Origin: Eledone cirrhosa
Lineage: Eukaryota
Reading direction: 5' to 3'
NCBI GenBank assembly: GCA_964016885.1
Contig: OZ024744.1
Span: forward strand, 13,330,001 to 13,394,000
Length of the DNA stretch: 64,000 nucleotides
The translations under genes and the position numbers were made by a program. How positions within the stretch are numbered: the first letter of the stretch is position 1; each line of letters opens with the position of its first letter. The notes under the pieces are model-generated. The model saw nothing but the letters and a program-made list of their open reading frames with translations. It was not told the DNA's origin and ran no database searches. Below, in pieces: positions 26,801 to 42,500 of this stretch.

Positions 26801-29800
26801 GGACATGGGGTTTGAATGTCTCACTAGATCAGAGAGTCACTCCAGTTAAAGCTACTCTCTAAATTGAGAGATCGCAACTCCAATACTATGGACATGTGGT
26901 TAGAATGTCTCAGTAGATCAGAGAATCACTCCAGTTAAAGCTGCTCTCTAAATTGAGAGATCACATCTCCCATACTATGGACATGTGGTTAGAATGTCTC
27001 AGTAGAACAGAGAGTCTCTCTTGTTAAAGCTACTCTCTAAATTGAGAGATCACAACTCCATACTATGGACATGTGGTTAGAATCTCTCAGTAGATCAGAG
27101 AATCACTCCAGTTAAAGCTACTCTCTAAATTGAGAGATCACAACTCCCATACTAAGGAAATGTGGTTAGAATGTCTCAGTAGATCGGAGAGTCACTCCAG
27201 TTAAAGCCACTCTCTAAATTGAGAGATCACAACTCCAATACTATGGACATGTGGTTAGAATGTCTCAGTAGATCAGAAAGTCACTCCAGTTAAAGCTACA
27301 CTCTAAATTGAGAGATCACAACTCCAATACTATGGACATGGGGTTAGAATGTCTCAGTAGATCAGAGTGTCACTCCAGTTAAAGCCACTCTCTAAATTGA
27401 GGGATCACAACTCCCATACTATGGACATGTTGTTAGAATGTCTCAGTAGATCAGAGAGTCACTCCAGTTAAAGCCACTCTCTAAATTGAGAGATCACAAC
27501 TCCAATACTATGGACATGGGGTTTGAAAGTCTCAGTAGATTAGAGTGTCACTCCAGTTAAAGCTACTCTCTAAATTGAGAGATCACAACTCCAATAATAT
27601 GGACATGGGGTTTGAATGTCTCAGTAGTTCAGAGAGTCGCTCAAGTTAAAGCCAATCTCTAAATTGAGAGATCACAACTCCCATACTATGGACATGTGGT
27701 TAGAATGTCTCAGTAGATCAGAGTGTGACTCCAGTTAAAGCTACTCTCTAAATTGAGAGATCACAACTCCCATACTATGGACATGTTGTTTAAATGTCTC
27801 AGTAGATCAGAGAGTCACTCCAGTTAAAGCTGCTCTCTAAATTGAGAGATCGCAACTCCCATACTATGGAAATGTGGTTAGAACGTCTCAGTAGATCAGA
27901 GAGTCACTCTAGTTAAAGCCACTCTCTAAATTGAGAGATCACAACTCCAATACTATGGACATGTGGTTAAAATGTCTCAGTAGATCAGAAAGTCACTCCA
28001 GTTAAATCTACACTCTAAATTGAGAGATCACAACTCCTATACTATGGACATGGGGTTAGAATGTCTCAGTAGATCACAGTGTCACTCCAGTTAAAGCCAC
28101 TCTTTAAATTGAGGGATCACAACTCCCATACTATGGACATGTTGTTAGAATGTCTCAGTAGATCAGAGAGTCACTCCAGTTAAAGCCACTCTCTAAATTG
28201 AGGGATCACAACTCCAATACTATGGACATGTGGTTAGAATGTCTCAGTAGATCAAGGAGTCATTCTTGTTAAATCTACTCTCTAAATTGAGAGATCACAA
28301 CTCCCATACTATGGACATGTGGTTACAATCTCTCAGTAGATCAGAGAGTCATTCCAGTTAAAGCCACTCTCTAAATTGAGAGATCACAACTCCCATATTA
28401 TGGACGTGTGGTTAGAATGTCTCAGTAGATCAGAGAATCACTCCAGTTAAAGCTACTCTCTAAATTGAGAGATCACAACTCCCATACTATGGAAATGTGG
28501 TTAGAACGTCTCAGTAGATCAGAGAGTCACTCTAGTTAAAGCCACTCTCTAAATTGAGAGATCACAACTCCAATACTATGGACATGTGGTTAGAATGTCT
28601 CAGTAGATCAGAGAGTCACTCCAGTTAAAGCCACTCTCTAAATTGAGAGATCACAACTCCCATGCTATGGACATGTTGTTTAAATGTCTCAGTAGATCAG
28701 AGAGTCACTCCAGTTAAAGCTGCTCTCTAAATTGAGAGATCACAACTCCCATACTATGGACATGGGGTTTGAATGTCTCACTAGATCAGAGAGTCACTCC
28801 AGTTAAAGCTACTCTCTAAATTGAGAGATCACAACTCCAATACTATGGACATGTGGTTAGAATGTCTCAGTAGATCAGAGAATCACTCCAGTTAAAGCTG
28901 CTCTCTAAATTGTGAGATCACATCTCCCATACTATGGACATGTGGTTAGAATGTCTCAGTAGAACAGAGAGTCTCTCTTGTTAAAGCTACTCTCTAAATT
29001 GAGAGATCACAACTCCATACTATGGACATGTGGTTAGAATCTCTCAGTAGATCAGAGAGTCATTCCAGTTAAAGCCACTCTCTAAATTGAGAGATCACAA
29101 CTCCCATACTATGAACGTGTTGTTAGAATGTCTCAGTAGATCAGAGAATCACTCCAGTTAAAGCTACTCTCTAAATTGAGAGATCACAACTCCCATACTA
29201 TGGAAATGTGGTTAGAATGTCTCAGTAGATCAGAGAGTCACTCCAGTTAAAGCCACTCTCTAAATTGAGAGATCACAACTGCAATACTATGGACATGTGG
29301 TTAGAATGTCTCAGTAGATCAGAGATTCACTCCAGTTAAAGCTACTCTCTAAATTGAGAGATCACATCTCCCATACTATGGACATGTGGTTAGAATGTCT
29401 CAGTAGAACAGAGAGTCTCTCTTGTTAAAGCTACTCTCTAAATTGAGAGATCACAACTCCATACTATGGACATGGGGTTTGAAAGTCTCAGTAGATTAGA
29501 GTGTCACTCCAGTTAAAGCCACTCTCTAAATTCAGAGATCACAACTCCAACACTATGGACATGGGGTTTGAATGTCTCAGTAGATCAGAGTGTCACTCCA
29601 GTTAAAGTTACTCTCTAAATTGAGAGATCACAACTCCAATAATATGGACATGGGGTTTGAATGTCTCAGTAGATCAGAGAGTCACTCCAGTTAAAGCTAC
29701 TCTCTAAATTGAGAGATCACAACTCCAATACTATGGACATGTGGTTAGAATGTCTCAGTAGATCAGGGAATCATTCTTGTTAAATCTACTCTCTAAATTG

Positions 29801-32800
29801 AGAGATCACAACTCCCATACTATGGACATATGGTTACAATCTCTCAGTAGATCAGAGAGTCATTCCAGTTAAAGCCACTCTCTAAATTGAGAGATCACAA
29901 CTGCCATACTATGGACGTGTGGTTAGAATGTCTCAGTAGATCAGAGAATCACTCCAGTTAAAGCTACTCTCTAAATTGAGAGATCACAACTCCCATACTA
30001 TGGAAATGTGGTTAGAACGTCTCAGTAGATCAGAGAGTCACTCTAGTTAAAGCCACTCTCTAAATTGAGAGATCACAACTCCAATACTATGGACATGTGG
30101 TTAGAATGTCTCAGTAGATCAGAGAGTCACTCCAGTTAAAGCCACTCTCTAAATTGAGAGATCACAACTCCCATGCTATGGACATGTTGTTTAAATGTCT
30201 CAGTAGATCAGATAGTCACTCCAGTTAAAGCTGCTCTCTAAATTGAGAGATCACAACTCCCATACTATGGACATGGGGTTTGAATGTCTCACTAGATCAG
30301 AGAGTCACTCCAGTTAAAGCTACTCTCTAAATTGAGAGATCACAACTCCAATACTATGGACATGTGGTTAGAATGTCTCAGTAGATCAGAGAATCACTCC
30401 AGTTAAAGCTGCACTCTAAATTGAGAGATCACATCTCCCATACTATGGACATGTGGTTAGAATGTCTCAGTAGAACAGAGAGTCTCTCTTGTTAAAGCTA
30501 CTCTCTAAATTGAGAGATCACAACTCCATACTATGGACATGTGGTTAGAATCTCTCAGTAGATCAGAGAGTCATTCCAGTTAAAGCCACTCTCTAAATTG
30601 AGAGATCACAACTCCAATAATATGGACATGGGGTTTGAATGTCTCAGTAGATCAGAGAGTCACTCCAGTTAAAGCTACTCTCTAAATTGAGAGATCACAA
30701 CTCCAATACTATGGACATGTGGTTAGAATGTCTCAGTAGATCAGGGAGTCATTCTTGTTAAATCTACTCTCTAAATTGAGAGATCACAACTCCCATACTA
30801 TGGATATATGGTTACAATCTCTCAGTAGATCAGAGAGTCATTCCAGTTAAAGCCACTCTCTAAATTGAGAGATCACAACTCCCATACTATGGACGTGTGG
30901 TTAGAATGTCTCAGTAGATCAGAGAATCACTGCAGTTAAAGCTACTCTCTAAATTGAGAGATCACAACTCCCATACTATGGAAATGTGGTTAGAACGTCT
31001 CAGTAGATCAGAGAGTCACTTCAGTTAAAGCCACTCTCTAAATTGAGAGATCACAACTCCAATACTATGGACATGTGGTTAGAATGTCTCAGTAGATCAG
31101 AAAGTCACTCCAGTTAAATCTACACTCTAAATTGAGAGATCACAACTCCTATACTATGGACATGGGGTTAGAATGTCTCAGTAGATCAGAGTGTCACTCC
31201 AGTTAAAGCCACTCTCTAAATTGAGGGATCACAACTCCCATACTATGGACATGTTGTTAGAATGTCTCAGTAGATCAGAGAGTCACTCCAGTTAAAGCCA
31301 CTCTCTAAATTGTGAGATCACAACTCCAATACTATGGACATGGGGTTTGAAAGTCTCAGTAGATTAGAGTGTCACTCCAGTTAAAGCTACTCTCTAAATT
31401 GAGAGATAACAACTCCAATACTATGGACATGGGGTTTGAACGTCTCAGTAGATCAGAGAATCACTCCAGTTAAAGCTGCTCTCTAAATTGAGAGATCACA
31501 TCTCCCATACTATGGACATGTGGTTAGAATGTCTCAGTAGAACAGAGAGTCTCTTTTGTTAAAGCTACTCTCTAAATTGAGAGATCACAACTCCATACTA
31601 TGGACATGTGGTTAGAATCTCTCAGTAGATCAGAGAGTCATTCCAGTTAAAGCCACTCTCTAAATTGAGAGATCACAACTCCCATACTATGAACGTGTAG
31701 TTAGAATGTCTCAGTAGATCAGAGAATCACTCCAGTTAAAGCTACTCTCTAAATTGAGAGATCACAACTCCAATACTATGGACATGTGGTTAGAATGTCT
31801 CAGTAGATCAGAGAATCACTCCAGTTAAAGCTACTCTCTAAATTGAGAGATCACATCTCCCATACTATGGACATGTGGTTAGAATGTCTCAGTAGAACAG
31901 AGAGTCTCTCTTGTTAAAGCTACTCTCTAAATTGAGAGATCACAACTCCATACTATGGACATGGGGTTTGAAAGTCTCAGTAGATTAGAGTGTCACTCCA
32001 GTTAAAGCCACTCTCTAAATTCAGAGATCACAACTCCAACACTATGGACATGGGGTTTGAATGTCTCAGTAGATCAGAGTGTCACTCCAGTTAAAGTTAC
32101 TCTCTAAATTGAGAGATCACAACTCCAATAATATGGACATGGGGTTTGAATGTCTCAGTAGATCAGAGAGTCACTCCAGTTAAAGCTACTCTCTAAATTG
32201 AGAGATCACAACTCCCATACTATGGAAATGTGGTTAGAACGTCTCAGTAGATCAGAGAGTCACTCCAGTTAAAGCCACTCTCTAAATTGAGAGATCACAA
32301 CTCCAATACTATGGACATGTGGTTAGAATGTCTCAGTAGATCAGAGAGTCACTCCAGTTAAAGCCACTCTCTAAATTGAGAGATCACAACTCCCATGCTA
32401 TGGACATGTTGTTTAAATGTCTCAGTAGATCAGAGAGTCACTCCAGTTAAAGCTGCTCTCTAAATTGAGAGATCACAACTGCCATATTATGGACATGGGG
32501 TTTGAATGTCTCACTAGATCAGAGAGTCACTCCAGTTAAAGCTACTCTCTAAATTGAGAGATCGCAACTCCAATACTATGGACATGTGGTTAGAATGTCT
32601 CAGTAGATCAGAGAATCACTCCAGTTAAAGCTGCTCTCTAAATTGAGAGATCACATCTCCCATACTATGGACATGTGGTTAGAATGTCTCAGTAGAACAG
32701 AGAGTCTCTCTTGTTAAAGCTACTCTCTAAATTGAGAGATCACAACTCCATACTATGGACATGTGGTTAGAATCTCTCAGTAGATCAGAGAATCACTCCA

Positions 32801-35800
32801 GTTAAAGCTACTCTCTAAATTGAGAGATCACAACTCCCATACTAAGGAAATGTGGTTAGAATGTCTCAGTAGATCGGAGAGTCACTCCAGTTAAAGCCAC
32901 TCTCTAAATTGAGAGATCACAACTCCAATACTATGGACATGTGGTTAGAATGTCTCAGTAGATCAGAAAGTCACTCCAGTTAAAGCTACACTCTAAATTG
33001 AGAGATCACAACTCCAATACTATGGACATGGGGTTAGAATGTCTCAGTAGATCAGAGAGTCACTCCAGTTAAAGCCACTCTCTAAATTGAGAGATCACAA
33101 CTCCAATACTATGGACATGGGGTTTGAAAGTCTCAGTAGATTAGAGTGTCACTCCAGTTAAAGCTACTCTCTAAATTGAGGGATCACAACTCCCATACTA
33201 TGGACATGTTGTTAGAATGTCTCAGTAGATCAGAGAGTCACTCCAGTTAAAGCCACTCTCTAAATTGAGGGATCACAACTCCAATACTATGGACATGTGG
33301 TTAGAATGTCTCAGTAGATCAAGGAGTCATTCTTGTTAAATCTACTCTCTAAATTGAGAGATCACAACTCCCATACTATGGACATGTGGTTACAATCTCT
33401 CAGTAGATTAGAGAGTCATTCCAGTTAAAGCCACTCTCTAAATTGAGAGATCACAACTCCCATATTATGGACGTGTGGTTAGAATGTCTCAGTAGATCAG
33501 AGAATCACTCCAGTTAAAGCTACTCTCTAAATTGAGAGATCACAACTCCCATACTATGGAAATGTGGTTAGAACGTCTCAGTAGATCAGAGAGTCACTCT
33601 AGTTAAAGCCACTCTCTAAATTGAGATATCACAACTCCAATACTATGGACATGTGGTTAGAATGTCTCAGTAGATCAGAGAGTCACTCCAGTTAAAGCCA
33701 CTCTCTAAATTGAGAGATCACAACTCCCATGCTATGGACATGTTGTTTAAATGTCTCAGTAGATCAGAGAGTCACTCCAGTTAAAGCTGCTCTCTAAATT
33801 GAGAGATCACAACTCCCATACTATGGACATGGGGTTTGAATGTCTCACTAGATCAGAGAGTCACTCCAGTTAAAGCTACTCTCTAAATTGAGAGATCACA
33901 ACTCCAATACTATGGACATGTGGTTAGAATGTCTCAGTAGATCAGAGAATCACTCCAGTTAAAGCTGCTCTCTAAATTGTGAGATCACATCTCCCATACT
34001 ATGGACATGTGGTTAGAATGTCTCAGTAGAACAGAGAGTCTCTCTTGTTAAAGCTACTCTCTAAATTGAGAGATCACAACTCCATACTATGGACATGTGG
34101 TTAGAATCTCTCAGTAGATCAGAGAGTCATTCCAGTTAAAGCCACTCTCTAAATTGAGAGATCACAACTCCCATACTATGAACGTGTTGTTAGAATGTCT
34201 CAGTAGATCAGAGAATCACTCCAGTTAAAGCTACTCTCTAAATTGAGAGATCACAACTCCCATACTATGGAAATGTGGTTAGAATGTCTCAGTAGATCAG
34301 AGAGTCACTCCAGTTAAAGCCACTCTCTAAATTGAGAGATCACAACTGCAATACTATGGACATGTGGTTAGAATGTCTCAGTAGATCAGAGATTCACTCC
34401 AGTTAAAGCTACTCTCTAAATTGAGAGATCACATCTCCCATACTATGGACATGTGGTTAGAATGTCTCAGTAGAACAGAGAGTCTCTCTTGTTAAAGCTA
34501 CTCTCTAAATTGAGAGATCACAACTCCATACTATGGACATGGGGTTTGAAAGTCTCAGTAGATTAGAGTGTCACTCCAGTTAAAGCCACTCTCTAAATTC
34601 AGAGATCACAACTCCAACACTATGGACATGGGGTTTGAATGTCTCAGTAGATCAGAGTGTCACTCCAGTTAAAGTTACTCTCTAAATTGAGAGATCACAA
34701 CTCCAATAATATGGACATGGGGTTTGAATGTCTCAGTAGATCAGAGAGTCACTCCAGTTAAAGCTACTCTCTAAATTGAGAGATCACAACTCCAATACTA
34801 TGGACATGTGGTTAGAATGTCTCAGTAGATCAGGGAGTCATTCTTGTTAAATCTACTCTCTAAATTGAGAGATCACAACTCCCATACTATGGACATATGG
34901 TTACAATCTCTCAGTAGATCAGAGAGTCATTCCAGTTAAAGCCACTCTCTAAATTGAGAGATCACAACTGCCATACTATGGACGTGTGGTTAGAATGTCT
35001 CAGTAGATCAGAGAATCACTCCAGTTAAAGCTACTCTCTAAATTGAGAGATCACAACTCCCATACTATGGAAATGTGGTTAGAACGTCTCAGTAGATCAG
35101 AGAGTCACTCTAGTTAAAGCCACTCTCTAAATTGAGAGATCACAACTCCAATACTATGGACATGTGGTTAGAATGTCTCAGTAGATCAGAGAGTCACTCC
35201 AGTTAAAGCCACTCTCTAAATTGAGAGATCACAACTCCCATGCTATGGACATGTTGTTTAAATGTCTCAGTAGATCAGATAGTCACTCCAGTTAAAGCTG
35301 CTCTCTAAATTGAGAGATCACAACTCCCATACTATGGACATGGGGTTTGAATGTCTCACTAGATCAGAGAGTCACTCCAGTTAAAGCTACTCTCTAAATT
35401 GAGAGATCACAACTCCAATACTATGGACATGTGGTTAGAATGTCTCAGTAGATCAGAGAATCACTCCAGTTAAAGCTGCACTCTAAATTGAGAGATCACA
35501 TCTCCCATACTATGGACATGTGGTTAGAATGTCTCAGTAGAACAGAGAGTCTCTCTTGTTAAAGCTACTCTCTAAATTGAGAGATCACAACTCCATACTA
35601 TGGACATGTGGTTAGAATCTCTCAGTAGATCAGAGAGTCATTCCAGTTAAAGCCACTCTCTAAATTGAGAGATCACAACTCCAATAATATGGACATGGGG
35701 TTTGAATGTCTCAGTAGATCAGAGAGTCACTCCAGTTAAAGCTACTCTCTAAATTGAGAGATCACAACTCCAATACTATGGACATGTGGTTAGAATGTCT

Positions 35801-38800
35801 CAGTAGATCAGGGAGTCATTCTTGTTAAATCTACTCTCTAAATTGAGAGATCACAACTCCCATACTATGGATATATGGTTACAATCTCTCAGTAGATCAG
35901 AGAGTCATTCCAGTTAAAGCCACTCTCTAAATTGAGAGATCACAACTCCCATACTATGGACGTGTGGTTAGAATGTCTCAGTAGATCAGAGAATCACTGC
36001 AGTTAAAGCTACTCTCTAAATTGAGAGATCACAACTCCCATACTATGGAAATGTGGTTAGAACGTCTCAGTAGATCAGAGAGTCACTCCAGTTAAAGCCA
36101 CTCTCTAAATTGAGAGATCACAACTCCAATACTATGGACATGTGGTTAGAATGTCTCAGTAGATCAGAAAGTCACTCCAGTTAAATCTACACTCTAAATT
36201 GAGAGATCACAACTCCTATACTATGGACATGGGGTTAGAATGTCTCAGTAGATCAGAGTGTCACTCCAGTTAAAGCCACTCTCTAAATTGAGGGATCACA
36301 ACTCCCATACTATGGACATGTTGTTAGAATGTCTCAGTAGATCAGAGAGTCACTCCAGTTAAAGCCACTCTCTAAATTGTGAGATCACAACTCCAATACT
36401 ATGGACATGGGGTTTGAAAGTCTCAGTAGATTAGAGTGTCACTCCAGTTAAAGCTACTCTCTAAATTGAGAGATAACAACTCCAATACTATGGACATGGG
36501 GTTTGAACGTCTCAGTAGATCAGAGAATCACTCCAGTTAAAGCTGCTCTCTAAATTGAGAGATCACATCTCCCATACTATGGACATGTGGTTAGAATGTC
36601 TCAGTAGAACAGAGAGTCTCTCTTGTTAAAGCTACTCTCTAAATTGAGAGATCACAACTCCATACTATGGACATGTGGTTAGAATCTCTCAGTAGATCAG
36701 AGAGTCATTCCAGTTAAAGCCACTCTCTAAATTGAGAGATCACAACTCCCATACTATGAACGTGTGGTTAGAATGTCTCAGTAGATCAGAGAATCACTCC
36801 AGTTAAAGCTACTCTCTAAATTGAGAGATCACAACTCCAATACTATGGACATGTGGTTAGAATGTCTCAGTAGATCAGAGAATCACTCCAGTTAAAGCTA
36901 CTCTCTAAATTGAGAGATCACATCTCCCATACTATGGACATGTGGTTAGAATGTCTCAGTAGAACAGAGAGTCTCTCTTGTTAAAGCTACTCTCTAAATT
37001 GAGAGATCACAACTCCATACTATGGACATGGGGTTTGAAAGTCTCAGTAGATTAGAGTGTCACTCCAGTTAAAGCCACTCTCTAAATTCAGAGATCACAA
37101 CTCCAACACTATGGACATGGGGTTTGAATGTCTCAGTAGATCAGAGTGTCACTCCAGTTAAAGTTACTCTCTAAATTGAGAGATCACAACTCCAATAATA
37201 TGGACATGGGGTTTGAATGTCTCAGTAGATCAGAGAGTCACTCCAGTTAAAGCTACTCTCCAAATTGAGAGATCACAACTCCCATACTATGGAAATGTGG
37301 TTAGAACGTCTCAGTAGATCAGAGAGTCACTCCAGTTAAAGCCACTCTCTAAATTGAGAGATCACAACTCCAATACTATGGACATGTGGTTAGAATGTCT
37401 CAGTAGATCAGAGAGTCACTCCAGTTAAAGCCACTCTCTAAATTGAGAGATCACAACTCCCATGCTATGGACATGTTGTTTAAATGTCTCAGTAGATCAG
37501 AGAGTCACTCCAGTTAAAGCTGCTCTCTAAATTGAGAGATCACAACTGCCATATTATGGACATGGGGTTTGAATGTCTCACTAGATCAGAGAGTCACTCC
37601 AGTTAAAGCTACTCTCTAAATTGAGAGATCGCAACTCCAATACTATGGACATGTGGTTAGAATGTCTCAGTAGATCAGAGAATCACTCCAGTTAAAGCTG
37701 CTCTCTAAATTGAGAGATCACATCTCCCATACTATGGACATGTGGTTAGAATGTCTCAGTAGAACAGAGAGTCTCTCTTGTTAAAGCTACTCTCTAAATT
37801 GAGAGATCACAACTCCATACTATGGACATGTGGTTAGAATCTCTCAGTAGATCAGAGAATCACTCCAGTTAAAGCTACTCTCTAAATTGAGAGATCACAA
37901 CTCCCATACTAAGGAAATGTGGTTAGAATGTCTCAGTAGATAGGAGAGTCACTCCAGTTAAAGCCACTCTCTAAATTGAGAGATCACAACTCCAATACTA
38001 TGGACATGTGGTTAGAATGTCTCAGTAGATCAGAAAGTCACTCCAGTTAAAGCTACACTCTAAATTGAGAGATCACAACTCCAATACTATGGACATGGGG
38101 TTAGAATGTCTCAGTAGATCAGAGAGTCACTCCAGTTAAAGCCACTCTCTAAATTGAGAGATCACAACTCCAATACTATGGACATGGGGTTTGAAAGTCT
38201 CAGTAGATTAGAGTGTCACTCCAGTTAAAGCTACTCTCTAAATTGAGAGATCACAACTCCAATAATATGGACATGGGGTTTGAATGTCTCAGTAGTTCAG
38301 ATAGTCGCTCAAGTTAAAGCCAATCTCTAAATTGAGAGATCACAACTCCCATACTATGGACATGTGGTTAGAATGTCTCAGTAGATCAGAGTGTGACTCC
38401 AGTTAAAGCTACTCTCTAAATTGAGAGATCACAACTCCCATACTATGGACATGTTGTTTAAATGTCTCAGTAGATCAGAGAGTCACTCCAGTTAAAGCTG
38501 CTCTCTAAATTGAGAGATCGCAACTCCCATACTATGGAAATGTGGTTAGAACGTCTCAGTAGATCAGAGAGTCACTCTAGTTAAAGCCACTCTCTAAATT
38601 GAGAGATCACAACTCCAATACTATGGACATGTGGTTAAAATGTCTCAGTAGATCAGAAAGTCACTCCAGTTAAATCTACACTCTAAATTGAGAGATCACA
38701 ACTCCTATACTATGGACATGGGGTTAGAATGTCTCAGTAGATCACAGTGTCACTCCAGTTAAAGCCACTCTCTAAATTGAGGGATCACAACTCCCATACT

Positions 38801-39500
38801 ATGGACATGTTGTTAGAATGTCTCAGTAGATCAGAGAGTCACTCCAGTTAAAGCCACTCTCTAAATTGAGGGATCACAACTCCAATACTATGGACATGTG
38901 GTTAGAATGTCTCAGTAGATCAAGGAGTCATTCTTGTTAAATCTACTCTCTAAATTGAGAGATCACAACTCCCATACTATGGACATGTGGTTACAATCTC
39001 TCAGTAGATCAGAGAGTCATTCCAGTTAAAGCCACTCTCTAAATTGAGAGATCACAACTCCCATATTATGGACGTGTGGTTAGAATGTCTCAGTAGATCA
39101 GAGAATCACTCCAGTTAAAGCTACTCTCTAAATTGAGAGATCACAACTCCCATACTATGGAAATGTGGTTAGAACGTCTCAGTAGATCAGAGAGTCACTC
39201 TAGTTAAAGCCACTCTCTAAATTGAGAGATCACAACTCCAATACTATGGACATGTGGTTAGAATGTCTCAGTAGATCAGAGAGTCACTCCAGTTAAAGCC
39301 ACTCTCTAAATTGAGAGATCACAACTCCCATGCTATGGACATGTTGTTTAAATGTCTCAGTAGATCAGAGAGTCACTCCAGTTAAAGCTGCTCTCTAAAT
39401 TGAGAGATCACAACTCCCATACTATGGACATGGGGTTTGAATGTCTCACTAGATCAGAGAGTCACTCCAGTTAAAGCTACTCTCTAAATTGAGAGATCAC
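20890..39500. repeat. HOR layer with four related copies (47, 64, 57 monomers and a partial fourth)
   Basis: GGATATATGG marker at 20936, 25115, 30805 and 35872, giving spacings 4179 = 47x89-4, 5690 = 64x89-6 and 5067 = 57x89-6. Co-travelling markers are TTGTGAGAT, GAGATAAC and ACTAAGGAA. Confidence 0.88.
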
Positions 39501-42500
39501 AACTGCAATACTATGGACATGTGGTTAGAATGTCTCAGTAGATCAGAGATTCACTCCAGTTAAAGCCACTCTCTAAATTGAGAGATCACAACTCCAATAC
39601 TATGGACATGTGGTTAGAATGTCTCAGTAGATCAGAGAGTCATTCCAGTTAAAGCCACTCTCTAAATTGAGAGATCACAACTCCCATACTATGAACGTGT
39701 TGTTAGAATGTCTCAGTAGATCAGAGAATCACTCCAGTTAAAGCTACTCTCTAAATTGAGAGATCACAACTCCCATACTATGGAAATGTGGTTAGAATGT
39801 CTCAGTAGAACAGAGAGTCTCTCTTGTTAAAGCTACTCTCTAAATTGAGACATCACAACTCCATACTATGGACATGTGGTTAGAATCTCTCAGTAGATCA
39901 GAGAGTCACTCCAGTTAAAGCCACTCTCTAAATTGAGAGATCACAACTGCAATACTATGGACATGTGGTTAGAATGTCTCAGTAGATCAGAGATTCACTC
40001 CAGTTAAAGCTACTCTCTAAATTGAGAGATCACATCTCCCATACTATGGACATGTGGTTAGAATGTCTCAGTAGAACAGAGAGTCTCTCTTGTTAAAGCT
40101 ACTCTCTAAATTGAGAGATCACAACTCCATACTATGGACATGGGGTTTGAAAGTCTCAGTAGATTAGAGTGTCACTCCAGTTAAAGCCACCCTCTAAATT
40201 CAGAGATCACAACTCCAACACTATGGACATGGGGTTTGAATGTCTCAGTAGATCAGAGTGTCACTCCAGTTAAAGTTACTCTCTAAATTGAGAGATCACA
40301 ACTCCAATAATATGGACATGGGGTTTGAATGTCTCAGTAGATCAGAGAGTCACTCCAGTTAAAGCTACTCTCTAAATTGAGAGATCACAACTCCAATACT
40401 ATGGACATGTGGTTAGAATGTCTCAGTAGATCAGGGAGTCATTCTTGTTAAATCTACTCTCTAAATCGAGAGATCACAACTCCCATACTATGGACATATG
40501 GTTACAATCTCTCAGTAGATCAGAGAGTCATTCCAGTTAAAGCCACTCTCTAAATTGAGAGATCACAACTGCCATACTATGGACGTGTGGTTAGAATGTC
40601 TCAGTAGATCAGAGAATCACTCCAGTTAAAGCTACTCTCTAAATTGAGAGATCACAACTCCCATACTATGGAAATGTGGTTAGAACGTCTCAGTAGATCA
40701 GAAAGTCACTCCAGTTAAAGCCACTCTCTAAATTGAGAGATCACAACTCCAATACTATGGACATGTGGTTAGAATGTCTCAATAGATCAGAAAGTCACTC
40801 CAGTTAAAGCTACACTCTAAATTGAGAGATCACAACTCCAATACTATGGACATGGGGTTAGAATGTCTCAGTAGATCAGAGTGTCACTCCAGTTAAAGCC
40901 ACTCTCTAAATTGAGGGATCACAACTCCCATACTATGGACATGTTGTTAGAATGTCTCAGTAGATCAGAGAGTCACTCCAGTTAAAGCCACTCTCTAAAT
41001 TGAGAGATCACAACTCCAATACTATGGACATGATGTTTGAAAGTCTCAGTAGATTAGAATGTCACTCCAGTTAAAGCTACTCTCTAAATTGAGAGATCAC
41101 AACTCCAATACAATGGACATGGGGTTTGAATGTCTCAGTAGATCAGAGAGTCGCTCAAGTTAAAGCCACTCTCTAAATTGAGAGATCACAACTCCCATAC
41201 TATGGACATGTGGTTAGAATGTCTCAGTAGATCAGAGTGTCACTCCAGTTAAAGCTACTCTCTAAATTGAGAGATCACATCTCCCATACTATGGATATGT
41301 GGTTAGAATGCCTCAGTAGATCAGAGAGTCACTCTTGTTAAAGCTACTCTCTAAATTGAGAGATCACAACTCCCATACTATGGACATGTTGTTTAAATGT
41401 CTCAGTAGATCAGAGAGTCACTCCAGTTAAAGCTGCTCTCTAAATTGAGAGATCGCAACTCCCATACTATGGACATGGGGTTTGAATGTCTCACTAGATC
41501 AGAGAGTCACTCCAGTTAAAGCTACTCTCTAAATTGAGAGATCACAACTCCAATACTATGGACATGTGGTTAGAATGTCTCAGTAGATCAGAAAGTCACT
41601 CCAGTTAAATCTACACTCTAAATTGAGAGATCACAACTCCTATACTATGGTCATGGGGTTAGAATGTCTCAGTAGATCACAGTGTCACTCCAGTTAAAGC
41701 CACTCTCTAAATTGAGGGATGACAACTCCCATACTATGGACATGTTGTTAGAATGTCTCAGTAGATCAGAGAGTCACTCCAGTTAAAGCCACTCTCTAAA
41801 TTGAGGGATCACAACTCCAATACTATGGACATGTGGTTAGAATGTCTCAGTAGATCAGGGAGTCATTCTTGTTAAATCTACTCTCTAAATTGAGAGATCA
41901 CAAATCCCATACTATGGACATGTGGTTACAATCTCTCAGTAGATCAGAGAGTCATTCCAGTTAAAGTCACTCTCTAAATTGAGAGATCACAACTCCCATA
42001 CTATGGACGTGTGGTTAGAATGTCTCAGTAGATCAGAGAATCACTCCAGTTAAAGCTACTCTCTAAATTGAGAGATCACAACTCCCATACTATGGAAATG
42101 TGGTTAGAACATCTCAGTAGATCAGAGAGTCACTCTAGTTAAAGCCACTCTCTAAATTGAGAGATCACAACTCCAATACTATGGACATGTGGTTAGAATG
42201 TCTCAGTAGATCAGAGAGTCACTCCAGTTAAAGCCACTCTCTAAATTGAGAGATCACAACTCCCATGCTATGGACATGTTGTTTAAATGTCTCAGTAGAT
42301 CAGAGAGTCACTCCAGTTAAAGCTGCTCTCTAAATTGAGAGATCACAACTCCCATACTATGGAGATGGGGTTTGAATGTCTCACTAGATCAGAGAGTCAC
42401 TCCAATTAAAGCTACTCTCTAAATTGAGAGATCACAACTCCAATATTATGGACATGTGGTTAGAATGTCTCAGTAGATCAGAGAATCACTCCAGTTAAAG

